NCBI GenBank assembly: GCA_963669175.1
Contig: OY769902.1
Location: forward strand, 544,001 to 608,000
Direction of reading: 5' to 3'
DNA: 64,000 nucleotides
Source: a bacterium
GTDB taxonomy: Bacteria; Electryoneota; Electryoneia; Electryoneales; Electryoneaceae
Below are positions 1 through 10,425 of this stretch, piece after piece. The notes below the pieces were generated by a model. That model was given only the letters and a program-made list of their open reading frames with translations, was not told the origin of the DNA and made no database searches. Numbering within the stretch: position 1 is the first letter of the stretch; every line of letters starts with the position of its first letter. Position numbers and translations under genes: made by a program.

Positions 1-11
1 GGAGGGGTACC

Positions 12-1922
12 ATGCGAACATTCATTTCAGGTTTTCTGACCATTACTTTGCTGCTGGTCTTGGCGGGCTCCGGGCTTGCCGGGTTCAACCAGATCAGTGT
101 GACCGGGGCAGATGGAGAAGAAATTCCGCTCTACAACAAGAGTTACGCCCTGGTTATCGGCGTCAGCCAGTATACCAACGGCTGGCCGAAACTGCCCGGT
201 GTTGCTCAAGACGTAATCGACGTGCGTAAGGCGCTCGAAAAGCAGGGATTCGAGGTCGTGCAGGTGATGAATCCTACCAAAGAGCAGCTTTACGACGCGT
301 TCGAGAACTTCATCAATGACTACTGCCGTGACCCGGAAGCGCGTGTCCTGCTTTACTTCGCCGGGCATGGGCATACAGTCCAGCAGGCCTGGGGCGATGA
401 GATGGGCTATATCATCCCGGCCAACGCTCCCAATCCGAACATCGACCTGGACGGTTTCCTCGATACTGCCATGGACATGCAGCAGGTCGAGGTTTACGCC
501 AAAAAAATCCAGTCAAAACACGCCATGTTTGTCTTCGACGCCTGCTTTTCCGGCTCGATTTTCGCGCTGTCGCGTGCCATTCCGGACCATATCACCTACA
601 AGATCGCCCAACCGGTGCGCCAGTTCATCACTTCCGGCAGTGCCAATGAAGAAGTGCCTGATGAAAGCGTGTTCCGCAGCCAGTTTGTGGAAGGGATCAA
701 CGGTGAAGCGGACCGTAACGGCGACGGCTATGTGACCGGGGCGGAGCTGGGAGAATATTTGCAGGAAACAGTCGTCAATTACTCCCACAGTTCGCAGCAC
801 CCGCAGTATGGTAAAATCCGTCACCCGAAACTGGATAAGGGCGACTTTGTTTTTGTCGTGGAAGAGCACAAACCGGCAACACCAGCGCCGTCTGCCAACC
901 TGCCGCAGTCCGAAGGCGGTTTGGACCTGGGTGATTTGCTGGAAGCGGCTGACGCCAGCGAAGCGGAAGTAACCGCATGGAATCAGCAGCTTACTTCCAT
1001 GACCACCGCTTATGAAGACGTGGAAGCCCTGGAGCAGCGTGACATTGATCCCGGTCTGAAGGCAGAAGCCTGGAAACGGTTCACCGAAGCCTATACCGAA
1101 GACAATCCTTTTACGACCCGTGACAACGAGATGCTCTCTTATGCCGGGGAGCAGATGGCCTACTGGAGTAATCCGGACGCGACCATGCGTTCCATTGCCG
1201 GTGGGCTGAACGGTCCTCTGCCGGGCATGACATTTGTGAAGATCGATGCCGGAAATTTCATGATGGGCTCGGACGGACGTGAACCCTCAGAAAAGCCGAT
1301 CCACAATGTGGAGCTGCCCCCCTTCTACATGATGACCACCGAGGTCACGCAGGAGATGTGGGCCGAGGTGATGGAGCGGAATATTTATGAACAGCGCGAC
1401 ATTGCCAACCCCAACGGGCAGTTGCGTGGCGTCGGGGATGACTACCCGGTTTATTACGTATCCTTCGATGATGTGAAAGAGTTCATCAGCAAGTTGAACC
1501 AGATAGACCCGGGCAAGAATTATCGCTTACCGACTGAGGCGGAATGGGAATACGCCTGCCGTGCCGGAAGCGCCACCAAGTTCGCCAGCGGCAACACCAC
1601 GGAGGATGTGGCCAAGGTGGGCTGGTACAATACCAACTCGCAGCAGTCTACGCACCCGGTTGGCGAACTCGAGCCGAATGCGTGGGGATTGTATGACATG
1701 CACGGGAACGTGGAAGAGTGGTGCGAAGACCTGTTCAGCGAATCCTATGAAGGCGCGCCCGTAGATGGAAAACCCTGGCTGCCAGGCAACGGTATCTACC
1801 GTGTAACCCGTGGCGGTGGCTGGAACCACAACGATTATAATATCCGTTCCGCACGACGGTTCGGGAAAGATCCCTCCAACCGGTATCATAACCTCGGATT
1901 CAGGTTGGTGAGGGAGAAGTAG
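12..1922 (+). CDS. Secreted caspase-family (peptidase C14) protein fused to a C-terminal FGE-sulfatase/SUMF1 domain
   Basis: Signal peptide; ALVIGVSQY; His-Cys dyad motifs YFAGHG and FDACFSG; C-terminal F.MGS, RLPTEAEWEYACRAG, NAWGLYDMHGNVEEW, RGGGW, GFRLV; GGAGG RBS. Confidence 0.9.
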   Translation: MRTFISGFLTITLLLVLAGSGLAGFNQISVTGADGEEIPLYNKSYALVIGVSQYTNGWPKLPGVAQDVIDVRKALEKQGFEVVQVMNPTKEQLYDAFENFINDYCRDPEARVLLYFAGHGHTVQQAWGDEMGYIIPANAPNPNIDLDGFLDTAMDMQQVEVYAKKIQSKHAMFVFDACFSGSIFALSRAIPDHITYKIAQPVRQFITSGSANEEVPDESVFRSQFVEGINGEADRNGDGYVTGAELGEYLQETVVNYSHSSQHPQYGKIRHPKLDKGDFVFVVEEHKPATPAPSANLPQSEGGLDLGDLLEAADASEAEVTAWNQQLTSMTTAYEDVEALEQRDIDPGLKAEAWKRFTEAYTEDNPFTTRDNEMLSYAGEQMAYWSNPDATMRSIAGGLNGPLPGMTFVKIDAGNFMMGSDGREPSEKPIHNVELPPFYMMTTEVTQEMWAEVMERNIYEQRDIANPNGQLRGVGDDYPVYYVSFDDVKEFISKLNQIDPGKNYRLPTEAEWEYACRAGSATKFASGNTTEDVAKVGWYNTNSQQSTHPVGELEPNAWGLYDMHGNVEEWCEDLFSESYEGAPVDGKPWLPGNGIYRVTRGGGWNHNDYNIRSARRFGKDPSNRYHNLGFRLVREK

Positions 1923-2124
1923 AAGCGCACATAAGAGATTTGCACTTTATTGGCCTCGCCCGGCTTGTCCGGCGGGGTCTATATTAATTTATTTCAAGAG
2001 GTTAGTCCACTTGTTTTATTGGTATCCCGACAGCAAGCAGTCGGGCCATGCACTTCTGTGTAGAACTGGTAGAAACGTGCAGGATTATTTCGTCAAGAGC
2101 GTTATTCCACTCCCATTCGGGTGG

Positions 2125-2216
2125 CCCGATTCGCAAGTGGTTGATTTTCAACATCTGATGCAGCCAGAATACTCCCATACATACAAATTTTATCGCTTCA
2201 CTTTGAGCGCATCGGG
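2125..2216 (+). repeat. 92-bp hairpin element with ~72-nt loop (copy 1, opposite orientation to the other copies)
   Basis: GTGG-CCCGATTCGC...GCGCATCGGG; same length as copies at 5932, 29334 and 29830. Confidence 0.65.
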
Positions 2217-2234
2217 ACTGAGCAGAAGACACAG

Positions 2235-2320
2235 GCAAAAGGGGACAGTCACCTTTTCGACTATTTTCATCACTCAATAGCACACTTTTACGCGACGAAA
2301 AGGAAACAGTCCCCTTTTGC
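2235..2320. repeat. Inverted-repeat doublet (GGGGACAGTC family)
   Basis: GCAAAAGGGGACAGTCACCTTTTCG - ~36 nt - CGAAAAGGAAACAGTCCCCTTTTGC; related doublets at 5609, 5783, 6057 and 6230. Confidence 0.85.
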
Positions 2321-2460
2321 TGCATATAGAATGTTCAACTCCCCTAACGCCTCTATCCTGTCGCATCGTTTTGTGGACAACTTCATCCAAAAGGTGTTCC
2401 AGGGAAAGGCGTGGGGCACTTTTCCCATCTTGTACACTTTTTTCACATGCATGTGAGGAT

Positions 2461-4353
2461 ATGATGGACACCACCACCAAGATCCTGGCGATACTCGCCG
2501 TGATCATCCTGGCCGCGATTCTGATTGCCGCCAACTGGTCCGGGATTATTAACAGCATGATGCCCGCCGACAGTCGTCCGGGTAAAATCGAATTCAAGGC
2601 CGAGCCGGTTACTGACGCCGAATTCGAGAAGATCGCCTCCCAGCTCCTGGCAGCCGATCCCGGCGGGTATGACCATATCGACCGTTTCCGAAAGGCCGGA
2701 ATCCGTGCCTACGAAGGCCCGCAGACCTGCTTACAGTGCCACGCCGAGATTCAGATCGAGGACGCCCGTACCGGCGCAGTGAAAACGGTCGACCTGATTG
2801 AAAACGTCACCACATCGGTCCATTACCGTTTCTACAGCATGGGCCATCCCGATATTTATGGTTTCAACGGTGAAAATGCAGACAATTTCCCCATGGGCAA
2901 GATCGACCGTCCCTGCCCCAAACCGGGTTCCTTCGCGTTTACAGCATGGGCGGAACTGGTGGAGCTGGAAGACGGCACCGTGTTGTCTGAAGGCTGCGGT
3001 CAGTGCCACATGGGCGGCCAGTACCAGGCGCCGCTGGGCGAGATCATGCCCGCCTACCATACCCAGCAAAAGGAATGGGAAGCGATTGACTGCCTGATCT
3101 GCCACGCGATTGATTATGACATGAATCAAAAGCAGGTCGTGGTTGATGATAATGGCCGTGCGCGCTGGGATCAGGACCGCAGCATGCTGGCCATGATGTC
3201 CATCGATTCTCCGACCTCGGAGAACTGCCTGCGTTGCCACCAGCACAATTTCGGTGGTGATATCTACGTGGACAGCACCGGCCATGAATATTTCCAGTCG
3301 ATGCTGAACAAGGGCCATGAACGTCCCCGCATCGCCCATCCGGGCAGCAAACGTGGCACACCGTTCTCCCCTGCATGGGACGTCCACGCCGCAGCGGGCA
3401 TGGAGTGCATCGAATGCCATACCACCGAAGGCCATTATATCGCCAAGGGTACCCACACCACGACTCAGCTCGCCAATGACCTGGTCGGCGTTGAAGTAAG
3501 CTGTGAAAAGTGCCACGGCAGCGAGCCACATTCCGCCAATGAGGATCTGGCGGATTTCTACAACATGCACACGGAAAAGATCGCCTGCCAGACCTGCCAT
3601 ATTCCGAACCTGCAACCGGATAACGCGACCATCCGTGATTTCGCCACACCGGAATTCGAAGAGCACCCGGGTATTTACGTGTACACCGACCATGAGAAAC
3701 TGGTGGACGGCCATGATGGCGGCATCATGTATCGCTGGTGGAACGGTGACGGCTCTTTCCTGGGTAACGCCATCGGGGACAACCCCAACGGGGAAAACCT
3801 GTACCGTTTTTATAAGCCGGAACATGTATGGCCGGAATTTGCCGACTTCGATTATGAAGGCTGGTATGAAAAGGTGATGCGTCCCATTGCCAAGCAGAAG
3901 CCGTCAAAATTGTACGCGATGAAACGCTTTAACGGGCGGCAGCATATCGACCTGGAGAACATCACCCCGTTCGGCGGTATGTATGTCCCCTACAACCTGC
4001 CGACTTATTACACCACCGGTGATCCGAAGGAAGCGGGCAAGAAAGAGCTGCACAAGAGCATGATGGGAATGATGTACGGCTTCATGTTCAAGACCTACCT
4101 GATGGATACGTTCATGTCCTTCATGGATGCGGACGGCTGGCACGACAGCCACTTCGCCGAGTTGCAGCAGGGCCAGCACATGGAAGCGCGGTATATCCCG
4201 CAGGATGCGTCCATGGAAATCAGCCACGCTATCCGTAGAGATGGCGCCCTGAGCTGCGACCAATGCCACAGCCCGGATGGTGTGCTCGACTGGGCCGAAC
4301 TGGGCTACCCGGAAGACGAAGTCGAGATGTACCAGATGAACCCGCTGGAGTAA
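2461..4353 (+). CDS. Membrane-anchored octaheme cytochrome c (tetrathionate reductase/OTR-like)
   Basis: Eight CxxCH motifs (CLQCH, CGQCH, CLICH, CLRCH, CIECH, CEKCH, CQTCH, CDQCH); DVH before heme 5; last heme near the C-terminus; N-terminal TM helix; GAGG RBS before ATG 2461. Confidence 0.85.
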   Translation: MMDTTTKILAILAVIILAAILIAANWSGIINSMMPADSRPGKIEFKAEPVTDAEFEKIASQLLAADPGGYDHIDRFRKAGIRAYEGPQTCLQCHAEIQIEDARTGAVKTVDLIENVTTSVHYRFYSMGHPDIYGFNGENADNFPMGKIDRPCPKPGSFAFTAWAELVELEDGTVLSEGCGQCHMGGQYQAPLGEIMPAYHTQQKEWEAIDCLICHAIDYDMNQKQVVVDDNGRARWDQDRSMLAMMSIDSPTSENCLRCHQHNFGGDIYVDSTGHEYFQSMLNKGHERPRIAHPGSKRGTPFSPAWDVHAAAGMECIECHTTEGHYIAKGTHTTTQLANDLVGVEVSCEKCHGSEPHSANEDLADFYNMHTEKIACQTCHIPNLQPDNATIRDFATPEFEEHPGIYVYTDHEKLVDGHDGGIMYRWWNGDGSFLGNAIGDNPNGENLYRFYKPEHVWPEFADFDYEGWYEKVMRPIAKQKPSKLYAMKRFNGRQHIDLENITPFGGMYVPYNLPTYYTTGDPKEAGKKELHKSMMGMMYGFMFKTYLMDTFMSFMDADGWHDSHFAELQQGQHMEARYIPQDASMEISHAIRRDGALSCDQCHSPDGVLDWAELGYPEDEVEMYQMNPLE

Positions 4354-4355
4354 TC

Positions 4356-4812
4356 TGGATTCACAAGATGTACAGGATGGTGAAGGATTGACAGGATTGA
4401 TTGTTCATGGACTTACAGGATGATAGGACAAGAATGGTAAGGATGAGGTTAGTTGAATGTACAGGATATGAAGGATGGTAAGGATATAAAGGATAAAAAC
4501 GCTTTTTATGACAAGGGGCATGATAACGACACATTTTCTGTTATCAAACAATGCTGACTAAAGCAACACGTTCTTTACCGTTTATACATATTTGCGTCTT
4601 AGCGTCTTTGCGTGAGACATGCTTTTAAGAATTGTTATTGAAATAGTTTTAGGGACACTGGCATAGTCCCCCTCCTGATAATCGCCCTTCTGTTCGTCAC
4701 AGAAGGGCGGTTCTCGTTATTTGTCCCACAGGATAATAGGCTACAAGGATGTCAAGGATGAGTTTTGTTGAATGTACAGGATGATCAGGATAGCAAGGAT
4801 TTTAAGGATAAG
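4356..4812 (+). repeat. AGGAT 8-9-nt periodic repeat tracts (two blocks) plus a TTTGCGTC-type tract
   Basis: ACAGGATG/AAGGATA units at 4356-4500 and 4726-4812; TTGCGTCTTAGCGTCTTTGCGTGAGA at ~4592-4617. Confidence 0.85.
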
Positions 4813-5107
4813 CTGTTCTAACTACTATTTTATAATAACCTTGCAACTTCCAAACTTATTCAAGGTTGTGTGGCCCGGTGTGCTTGCACCCGGGGTTCTG
4901 TTGATTGTACAGAATGGAAAGGACAATAAGCTTGCTAATCCCCCACCAGGCATGGTCAGGCTACCTTCCACCTTCTTTACGTTTTTTACCTTCTTTGCTT
5001 TTTTCACCTTTTTCACCTTTTCCACTGCCCACTTTTTTCACTTTGCGAGCCACTTTACTTCCCCGTTTTTCCCTGCTATGTTCTGCCCAACAAAAGGAGA
5101 ACGATTC

Positions 5108-5554
5108 ATGGCCTCAGCATTAGGCGAGTCACGCATAGAAGATGGCGCAGTCTTGACAAGAATCCGGGTTCCCTACGCCGATACCGACCAGATGGAGCAT
5201 GTTTATTACGCCAATTACCTGATCTATTTCGAGATCGGACGCAACGAGTGGATGCGCGCCCTCGGTATGGCCTACAGCCAACTGGAGGAAATGGGTTGGG
5301 GGGTGCCTGTGGCGGAAGCGCATGCACGCTACAAGGGACGTGTGTTCTACGATGATATCATCGAGGTGAAAGCTACTGTTACACTGCCCACGCCCACGCG
5401 CATTCGTTTTGATTATGAAATCCGGCGCCCTGGCGAAGAACGTGTGCTGGTGGAAGGGTACACCATCCATGCGGTGGTGGACATGAAAACCGCCAAGGTC
5501 TGCCGTGTGCCGGAGGTTTTAACCGACCTGATCACCAAGATGGAAGGAGAATAA
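5108..5554 (+). CDS. Acyl-CoA thioesterase, YbgC/4HBT family
   Basis: RVPYADTDQMEHVYYANYLIYFEIGR motif; AAGGAGA RBS before ATG 5108. Confidence 0.9.
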   Translation: MASALGESRIEDGAVLTRIRVPYADTDQMEHVYYANYLIYFEIGRNEWMRALGMAYSQLEEMGWGVPVAEAHARYKGRVFYDDIIEVKATVTLPTPTRIRFDYEIRRPGEERVLVEGYTIHAVVDMKTAKVCRVPEVLTDLITKMEGE

Positions 5555-5608
5555 GGATGGTGAAGTGTCAGCACAGAATATTGGATAGAGTGTAAAGCTA
5601 CTTCTCCT

Positions 5609-6314
5609 GCAAATGGGTACAGTCACCTTTTCGATCACATGCATCTCTCAATAACACACCTCTGCGCCACGAAAAGGAAACAGTCCCCATTTGCTGCATG
5701 TTTTTACTTGGCCCCGTCCGGCTTGTCCGGCGGGGTTTATTTTAATTTATTCAAGAGGTTAATCCATCTATTGTTGTCCACACGAAAAGGGGACGGAATC
5801 CTTTTCCTATGAGCACACCCGGACACTTTTGCTATGCTTGCGGAAAAGGAAGCTGTACCCTTTTCGCAGTGATGAACCCTGATTGTTCGCGCATCTTTTC
5901 GCAGTAGTCAAGCTTGGGAGTGTATTCATCACCCGACCTGCTCCTCCAGCGCATCACAGGTTCAATATCCGCTAACGTAGCCATCACTGAAGGAATATCA
6001 ATCTTAACGAGCGGCAAGTCGGGCCATACGGGCGAGTGGATGCAGCGAGCTCACTGGCAAATGGGTACAGTCACCTTTTCGATCACATGCATCTCTCAAT
6101 AACACACCTCTGCGCGACGAAAAGAAACAGTCCCCATTTGCTGCATGTTTTTACTTGGCCCCGTCCGGCTTGTCCGGCGGGGTTTATTTTAATTTATTCA
6201 AGAGGTTAATCCATCTATTGTTGTCCACACGAAAAGGGGACGGAATCCTTTTCCTATCAGCACACCCGGACACTTGTGCTATGCTTGCGGAAAAGGAAGC
6301 TGTACCCTTTTCGC
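5609..6314 (+). repeat. ~258-bp near-perfect direct duplication (5609-5867 and 6057-6314) of a composite palindromic block
   Basis: Copies align with only a few differences; each has two IR doublets and a CCCCGTCCGGCTTGTCCGGCGGGG hairpin; a partial relative lies at ~1950-2010. Confidence 0.95.
5932..6023 (-). repeat. 92-bp hairpin element with 72-nt loop (copy 2)
   Basis: CCCGACCTGC-72 nt-GCAAGTCGGG-CCAT. Confidence 0.85.
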
Positions 6315-6465
6315 GCTGTCGGTACCAGACAATGTGACACATTTTTTTTCATCAGTCACCCGCCTCATCCGCTCAAGGATTCTGCATAACACGATTCTCC
6401 ATGCTGGCAATTGTATACCCGGCACTGTATTTTGATTCTTTCGGCCAGGTAACCAGGAGTAGACT

Positions 6466-7368
6466 ATGCAGCGGCGTGACTTTATCCGTACGACCGGAGC
6501 GGCGGGTGTAGGCGGATTCGTGTTGGGTTTTCCCGTAGTGAAGACTTTTGCCCAGGAGAACCGTGCGGACCTGGTGCTGGTCAAGAATGGCGGTCCGAAG
6601 GAGCTGGTACGCAAGGCGCTGGAGCTGATGGGCGGCATCGGACGTTTTGTCAAGCCGGGCCAGACAGTTGTCCTGAAGCCGAACATGAGCTGGGATCGCA
6701 CCCCGGAATACGCCGCCAATACGAACCCGGAAGTCGCCGCCGAGATGGTGAAGCTCTGCCTCGAAGCCGGGGCGAAGAAAGTGCTGGCTTTTGACCGTAC
6801 CTGCCAGGAAGCGCGACGCTGCTACACTAATTCCGGGGTGGAGAAGGCCATGGATGACGCAGGCGCGAGTGTGCGTTTTATCCGCGATTCCCTGTTCGAA
6901 CCAGTAAAAATCGAGAACGGCCTGGCGCTTACCGAATGGGATTTCTATCGTGACGCTCTCGAAGCGGATGTGTACATCAACCTGCCGGTGCTGAAACATC
7001 ATTCCCTGTCACGCCTGTCGCTCGGCCTGAAAAATACTATGGGCCTGATCGGCAAGAACCGTGGCAAGATCCACACTTCGTTTGACAAGAAGATCGTTGA
7101 TTTGAACCGTGTGCTGGTGCCTCAATTGACCGTGTTGGATGCGACACGAATCCTGCGATCAAACGGCCCCTCTGGTGGAGATATCGCGGATGTGGAAGAG
7201 TGGAAGACGGTCATCGCCGGAACCGATCCGGTGATCGTGGATGCATGGGGCGTTAAGCTCTTCGGCCTCGAACCGGCCTCGCTCGGCTGGCTTCGTTACG
7301 CGGAACAAGCCGGATTGGGCAGCATGGATACGGCCACGCATGTTCCGTTGGAGTATTCATTTATTTGA
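6466..7368 (+). CDS. Tat-exported DUF362 domain protein
   Basis: MQRRDFI twin-arginine signal; VVLKPN, ANTNPEV, INLPVLKHH, LGLKN motifs; AGGAG RBS. Confidence 0.88.
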   Translation: MQRRDFIRTTGAAGVGGFVLGFPVVKTFAQENRADLVLVKNGGPKELVRKALELMGGIGRFVKPGQTVVLKPNMSWDRTPEYAANTNPEVAAEMVKLCLEAGAKKVLAFDRTCQEARRCYTNSGVEKAMDDAGASVRFIRDSLFEPVKIENGLALTEWDFYRDALEADVYINLPVLKHHSLSRLSLGLKNTMGLIGKNRGKIHTSFDKKIVDLNRVLVPQLTVLDATRILRSNGPSGGDIADVEEWKTVIAGTDPVIVDAWGVKLFGLEPASLGWLRYAEQAGLGSMDTATHVPLEYSFI

Positions 7369-7672
7369 AGTGATAAAGCAGGCAGTGAAAAAGGTGAAAA
7401 AAGTAAAGAAGACAGATACCCGGGTGCAAGCACGCCGGGCCACGCGCCTTTATCATAAAAAACAGTCTTTTATCATTGATATCTTTACCATCCTGTAAAT
7501 TCAATAAGAAATCTCACCTTTGACATCCTTCTATCCTATCATCCTGTGAGACTATTCGTTTTCTTCATCCTGTTCATCTTTTCCTATCCTGTAAATCCTG
7601 TGAATCCCTGCTGCGTTGACGAGTATCAGGTTGTATCTTGCACCTGACCATTCGACAACAACGAGCCCCTTC

Positions 7673-8590
7673 ATGTCCACGCCCACACCTGACCCGAATC
7701 CCCTGCACCGCTGGCGGGCGTTTCTGCTTTCCCTGGTGGAGATGACGTTGCTGGCTGTCGGGTTTGGCGCGTTGGCGTTGACACGCTCTCTCGATATCGT
7801 ATCCGCATTTTCCTATAGCATCAACCTGGCGTTGGGCTTGTTGTTTGTCGCGATACTGAAGATCTGGTTGACGCTCCTGGCCGGACGTGTGCTGTTTCGT
7901 TCCGATGTCGCTGCTTTGCTCGGCGCAGCCCTGATTGGGGCTTATGCCGCGGCCGGGAATGAACTGGTCACGCTTGGCGAGCTTCATGTCGGGGTGCCGA
8001 TCCTGGTGCTGGTGTTGGGAACCGGAATCGCCTTTTTTCAATGGAGCCGCCAGCAGCCGGAACTAAACCGTGTACGAGTCTGGACACTCACCGTTGGGTT
8101 GTTTTTCTTCTGGCTGATCATGGGCGTATGGATTACCCGGGAATTATTGTCCACGCCGATCAATCTTCCGGTCACCTTGCACACGCCGGGTTTGTTACTG
8201 GAATGGTTTGCGCTGCTTCTGGCCGGGCGCAGTCTCGCGGCCTGGTTGGCGGAAGGTGGTGTGTACAGCCGTTGGAGCAGTTTCCTGCTGCTATTGGGCG
8301 CAGGACCGTCACTCCCGGTCATGTACCTGCTGGCGCACCTGTTGTTTGCCCTGAAAGAACGGTTGAGATCCATTGGAAACGGCTGGTTGTTGCGCGGGTT
8401 GTACATCCTTTCCACTCTGACCGGAATGTGGTTGTTTTATGTGCATCAGCATATCTGGGGATATGTATATGCGTTCCTGTTCCTGTTGTGCGCGGTGGTA
8501 GTGCTGGTTATCAGGAAACGGCTGCTGCGAGTGGTTGCGGGGTCGCTGCTGGCGCTCGGCTTCGCGGTACTGATGGAAATCATCCGCTGA
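7673..8590 (+). CDS. Polytopic membrane protein, unknown function
   Basis: Many hydrophobic segments; start uncertain. Confidence 0.7.
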   Translation: MSTPTPDPNPLHRWRAFLLSLVEMTLLAVGFGALALTRSLDIVSAFSYSINLALGLLFVAILKIWLTLLAGRVLFRSDVAALLGAALIGAYAAAGNELVTLGELHVGVPILVLVLGTGIAFFQWSRQQPELNRVRVWTLTVGLFFFWLIMGVWITRELLSTPINLPVTLHTPGLLLEWFALLLAGRSLAAWLAEGGVYSRWSSFLLLLGAGPSLPVMYLLAHLLFALKERLRSIGNGWLLRGLYILSTLTGMWLFYVHQHIWGYVYAFLFLLCAVVVLVIRKRLLRVVAGSLLALGFAVLMEIIR

Positions 8591-8964
8591 TTTGTCTTGA
8601 CTCACAGGATATTAGGATAGAAGGATAGAAGGATAGCAAGGATGAACTGATTTATTTACAAGATTTAAATGATAGATAAGGATGATCAGGATAAGATTGA
8701 CTGAATTTACAGGATGGAAAGGATTGTATGGATAAAATATTGATAATTTTAATGATAAAATCATGACCGGGACATAATTTTCAATATTCAAACAATGCCA
8801 ACTATTTCAGAACTTTGTTTACCTTCTTTCCGTTTTTTCTTTCTTTGCGCCTTTGCGTCTTTGCGTGAGATATCATCTATTCAGTGCTGGCAATTCTTCC
8901 TCAGGTTTGATGCTTATCTTCAGACCCGTATATTGGCTCAATCGTTCACCAGACGGGGCATCTC

Positions 8965-10389
8965 ATGCAATCCACGGGCATTAAAGCACCGAACACATAC
9001 CTGGTTATTGGCGCACTGATTATTGTCATGGCGGCGTTGACCTGGATTGTGCCGGGCGGTGAATTCGAAAAGCAGGAAGTGGACGGCAAGCAGCGTGTCA
9101 TTCCCAACACTTTCGAGTTTAAGGACCGCAACCCGCAAGGCATCGGGGCGATTCTCGGCGCGCCGTTTGAGGGCTTTGTCGAGGCGGCGGATATCATTGT
9201 CTTTGTGCTGATTGTCGGGGGCGCTTTTTATGTCCTGCAGGGCACAAAAGCGATTGACGCCGGGATTCTCGCTGTGGCGCGCGCCCATGAACGCTCCCGC
9301 ACCGTTCGCCTGTTGCTGATCCCGATCTTCATGGTGATCTTTTCGCTGGGCGGGTCGGTGTATGGCATGGCGGAGGAGACGATCCCGTTTGTGCTGATCT
9401 TCATCCCGCTGGCGTTGGCGTTGGGCTATGACAGCATCGTTGGGATCGCGATTCCCTTTGTCGGTGCAGGCGCCGGATTCGCCGGAGCGTTTATTAATCC
9501 GTTTACCCTCGGCATCGCGCAGGGGATTTCAGGATTACCACCGCTTTCCGGGCTGGGCTATCGTGTCCTGGTCTGGATTATTACAACTTCTGTCGCGACG
9601 ATATTCATCATGCGTTATGCCGCACGGGTGAAAAAAAATCCCCGGCTCAGCCCCTGCTACGAGACTGACCAGGCGAAACGCAGCAATCTCGACATGAGTG
9701 AACTGGAATCCTTCTCCGGCATCAGCAATCGTCACAAGCTGGTCCTTGTCGGCTTCGGGCTGGCGATGGGTTTGCTGGTCTTCGGCGTGTTACAATACGG
9801 CTGGTACATCAAGGAAATCGCCGCGCTATTCCTCGCATCGGGGATAATAATCGGTGTTGTTGGCGGCTTGAAAGCTTCGCAAATCGTGGACAATTTCTCC
9901 CGTGGCGCGAAGGACTTGCTGGATACGGCGCTGTTGATCGGATTGGCGCGTGGGATTCTTGTAATCGCGCGTGATGGCCATATCATTGATACGTTGCTGA
10001 ACTTTTTCGCATCGCTGATCGATGGCCTGCCTGCGGTGGCGGCGGCGTGGATCATGTTCTTCACCCAGACTGCCATCAACTTTTTCGTACCCTCCGGCAG
10101 CGGACAGGCTGCGTTGACCATGCCAATCATGGCTCCCCTTGCGGATCTTGTCGGCGTGTCGCGTCAGACTGCTGTATTGGCTTATCAGTTCGGAGATGGA
10201 TTCTCCAACCTGATCATTCCCACCTCGGGGATTCTTGTTGGTATATTGGCGTTGGCGGGGATATCCTGGACAAAGTGGGCACGCTGGATGTTACCTTTGC
10301 AACTTATCCTGCTGGGTGTGGGCATGATGCTGCTGATCCCGCCATTCGTGTTTGACTGGGCGGACTGGGCGCGGTTATGGACGCCCTGA
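8965..10389 (+). CDS. YfcC family transporter (DcuC-like/basic amino acid antiporter)
   Basis: LTWIVPGGEF, GMAEETIPF, FINPFTLGIAQ, PSGSGQA, YQFGDGFSN motifs. Confidence 0.9.
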   Translation: MQSTGIKAPNTYLVIGALIIVMAALTWIVPGGEFEKQEVDGKQRVIPNTFEFKDRNPQGIGAILGAPFEGFVEAADIIVFVLIVGGAFYVLQGTKAIDAGILAVARAHERSRTVRLLLIPIFMVIFSLGGSVYGMAEETIPFVLIFIPLALALGYDSIVGIAIPFVGAGAGFAGAFINPFTLGIAQGISGLPPLSGLGYRVLVWIITTSVATIFIMRYAARVKKNPRLSPCYETDQAKRSNLDMSELESFSGISNRHKLVLVGFGLAMGLLVFGVLQYGWYIKEIAALFLASGIIIGVVGGLKASQIVDNFSRGAKDLLDTALLIGLARGILVIARDGHIIDTLLNFFASLIDGLPAVAAAWIMFFTQTAINFFVPSGSGQAALTMPIMAPLADLVGVSRQTAVLAYQFGDGFSNLIIPTSGILVGILALAGISWTKWARWMLPLQLILLGVGMMLLIPPFVFDWADWARLWTP

Positions 10390-10425
10390 TGATGTAAGTC
10401 TGGACCAAGACGAAAGAAGCTTACG

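Noticed and set aside
1795-1915. DGR variable region in the FGE-sulfatase C-terminus
   Set aside because: No template repeat or reverse transcriptase seen in the window
2731-3825. Long antisense ORFs (also 13249-14292, 21084-22172, 50784-51671, 53898-54776)
   Set aside because: Shadows of well-supported genes on the opposite strand
4772-5107. N-terminal extension of the thioesterase ORF, and similar FFTFF/KKVKK ORFs (11755-12042, 29129-29615)
   Set aside because: Translations of periodic repeat tracts; the real RBS precedes ATG 5108
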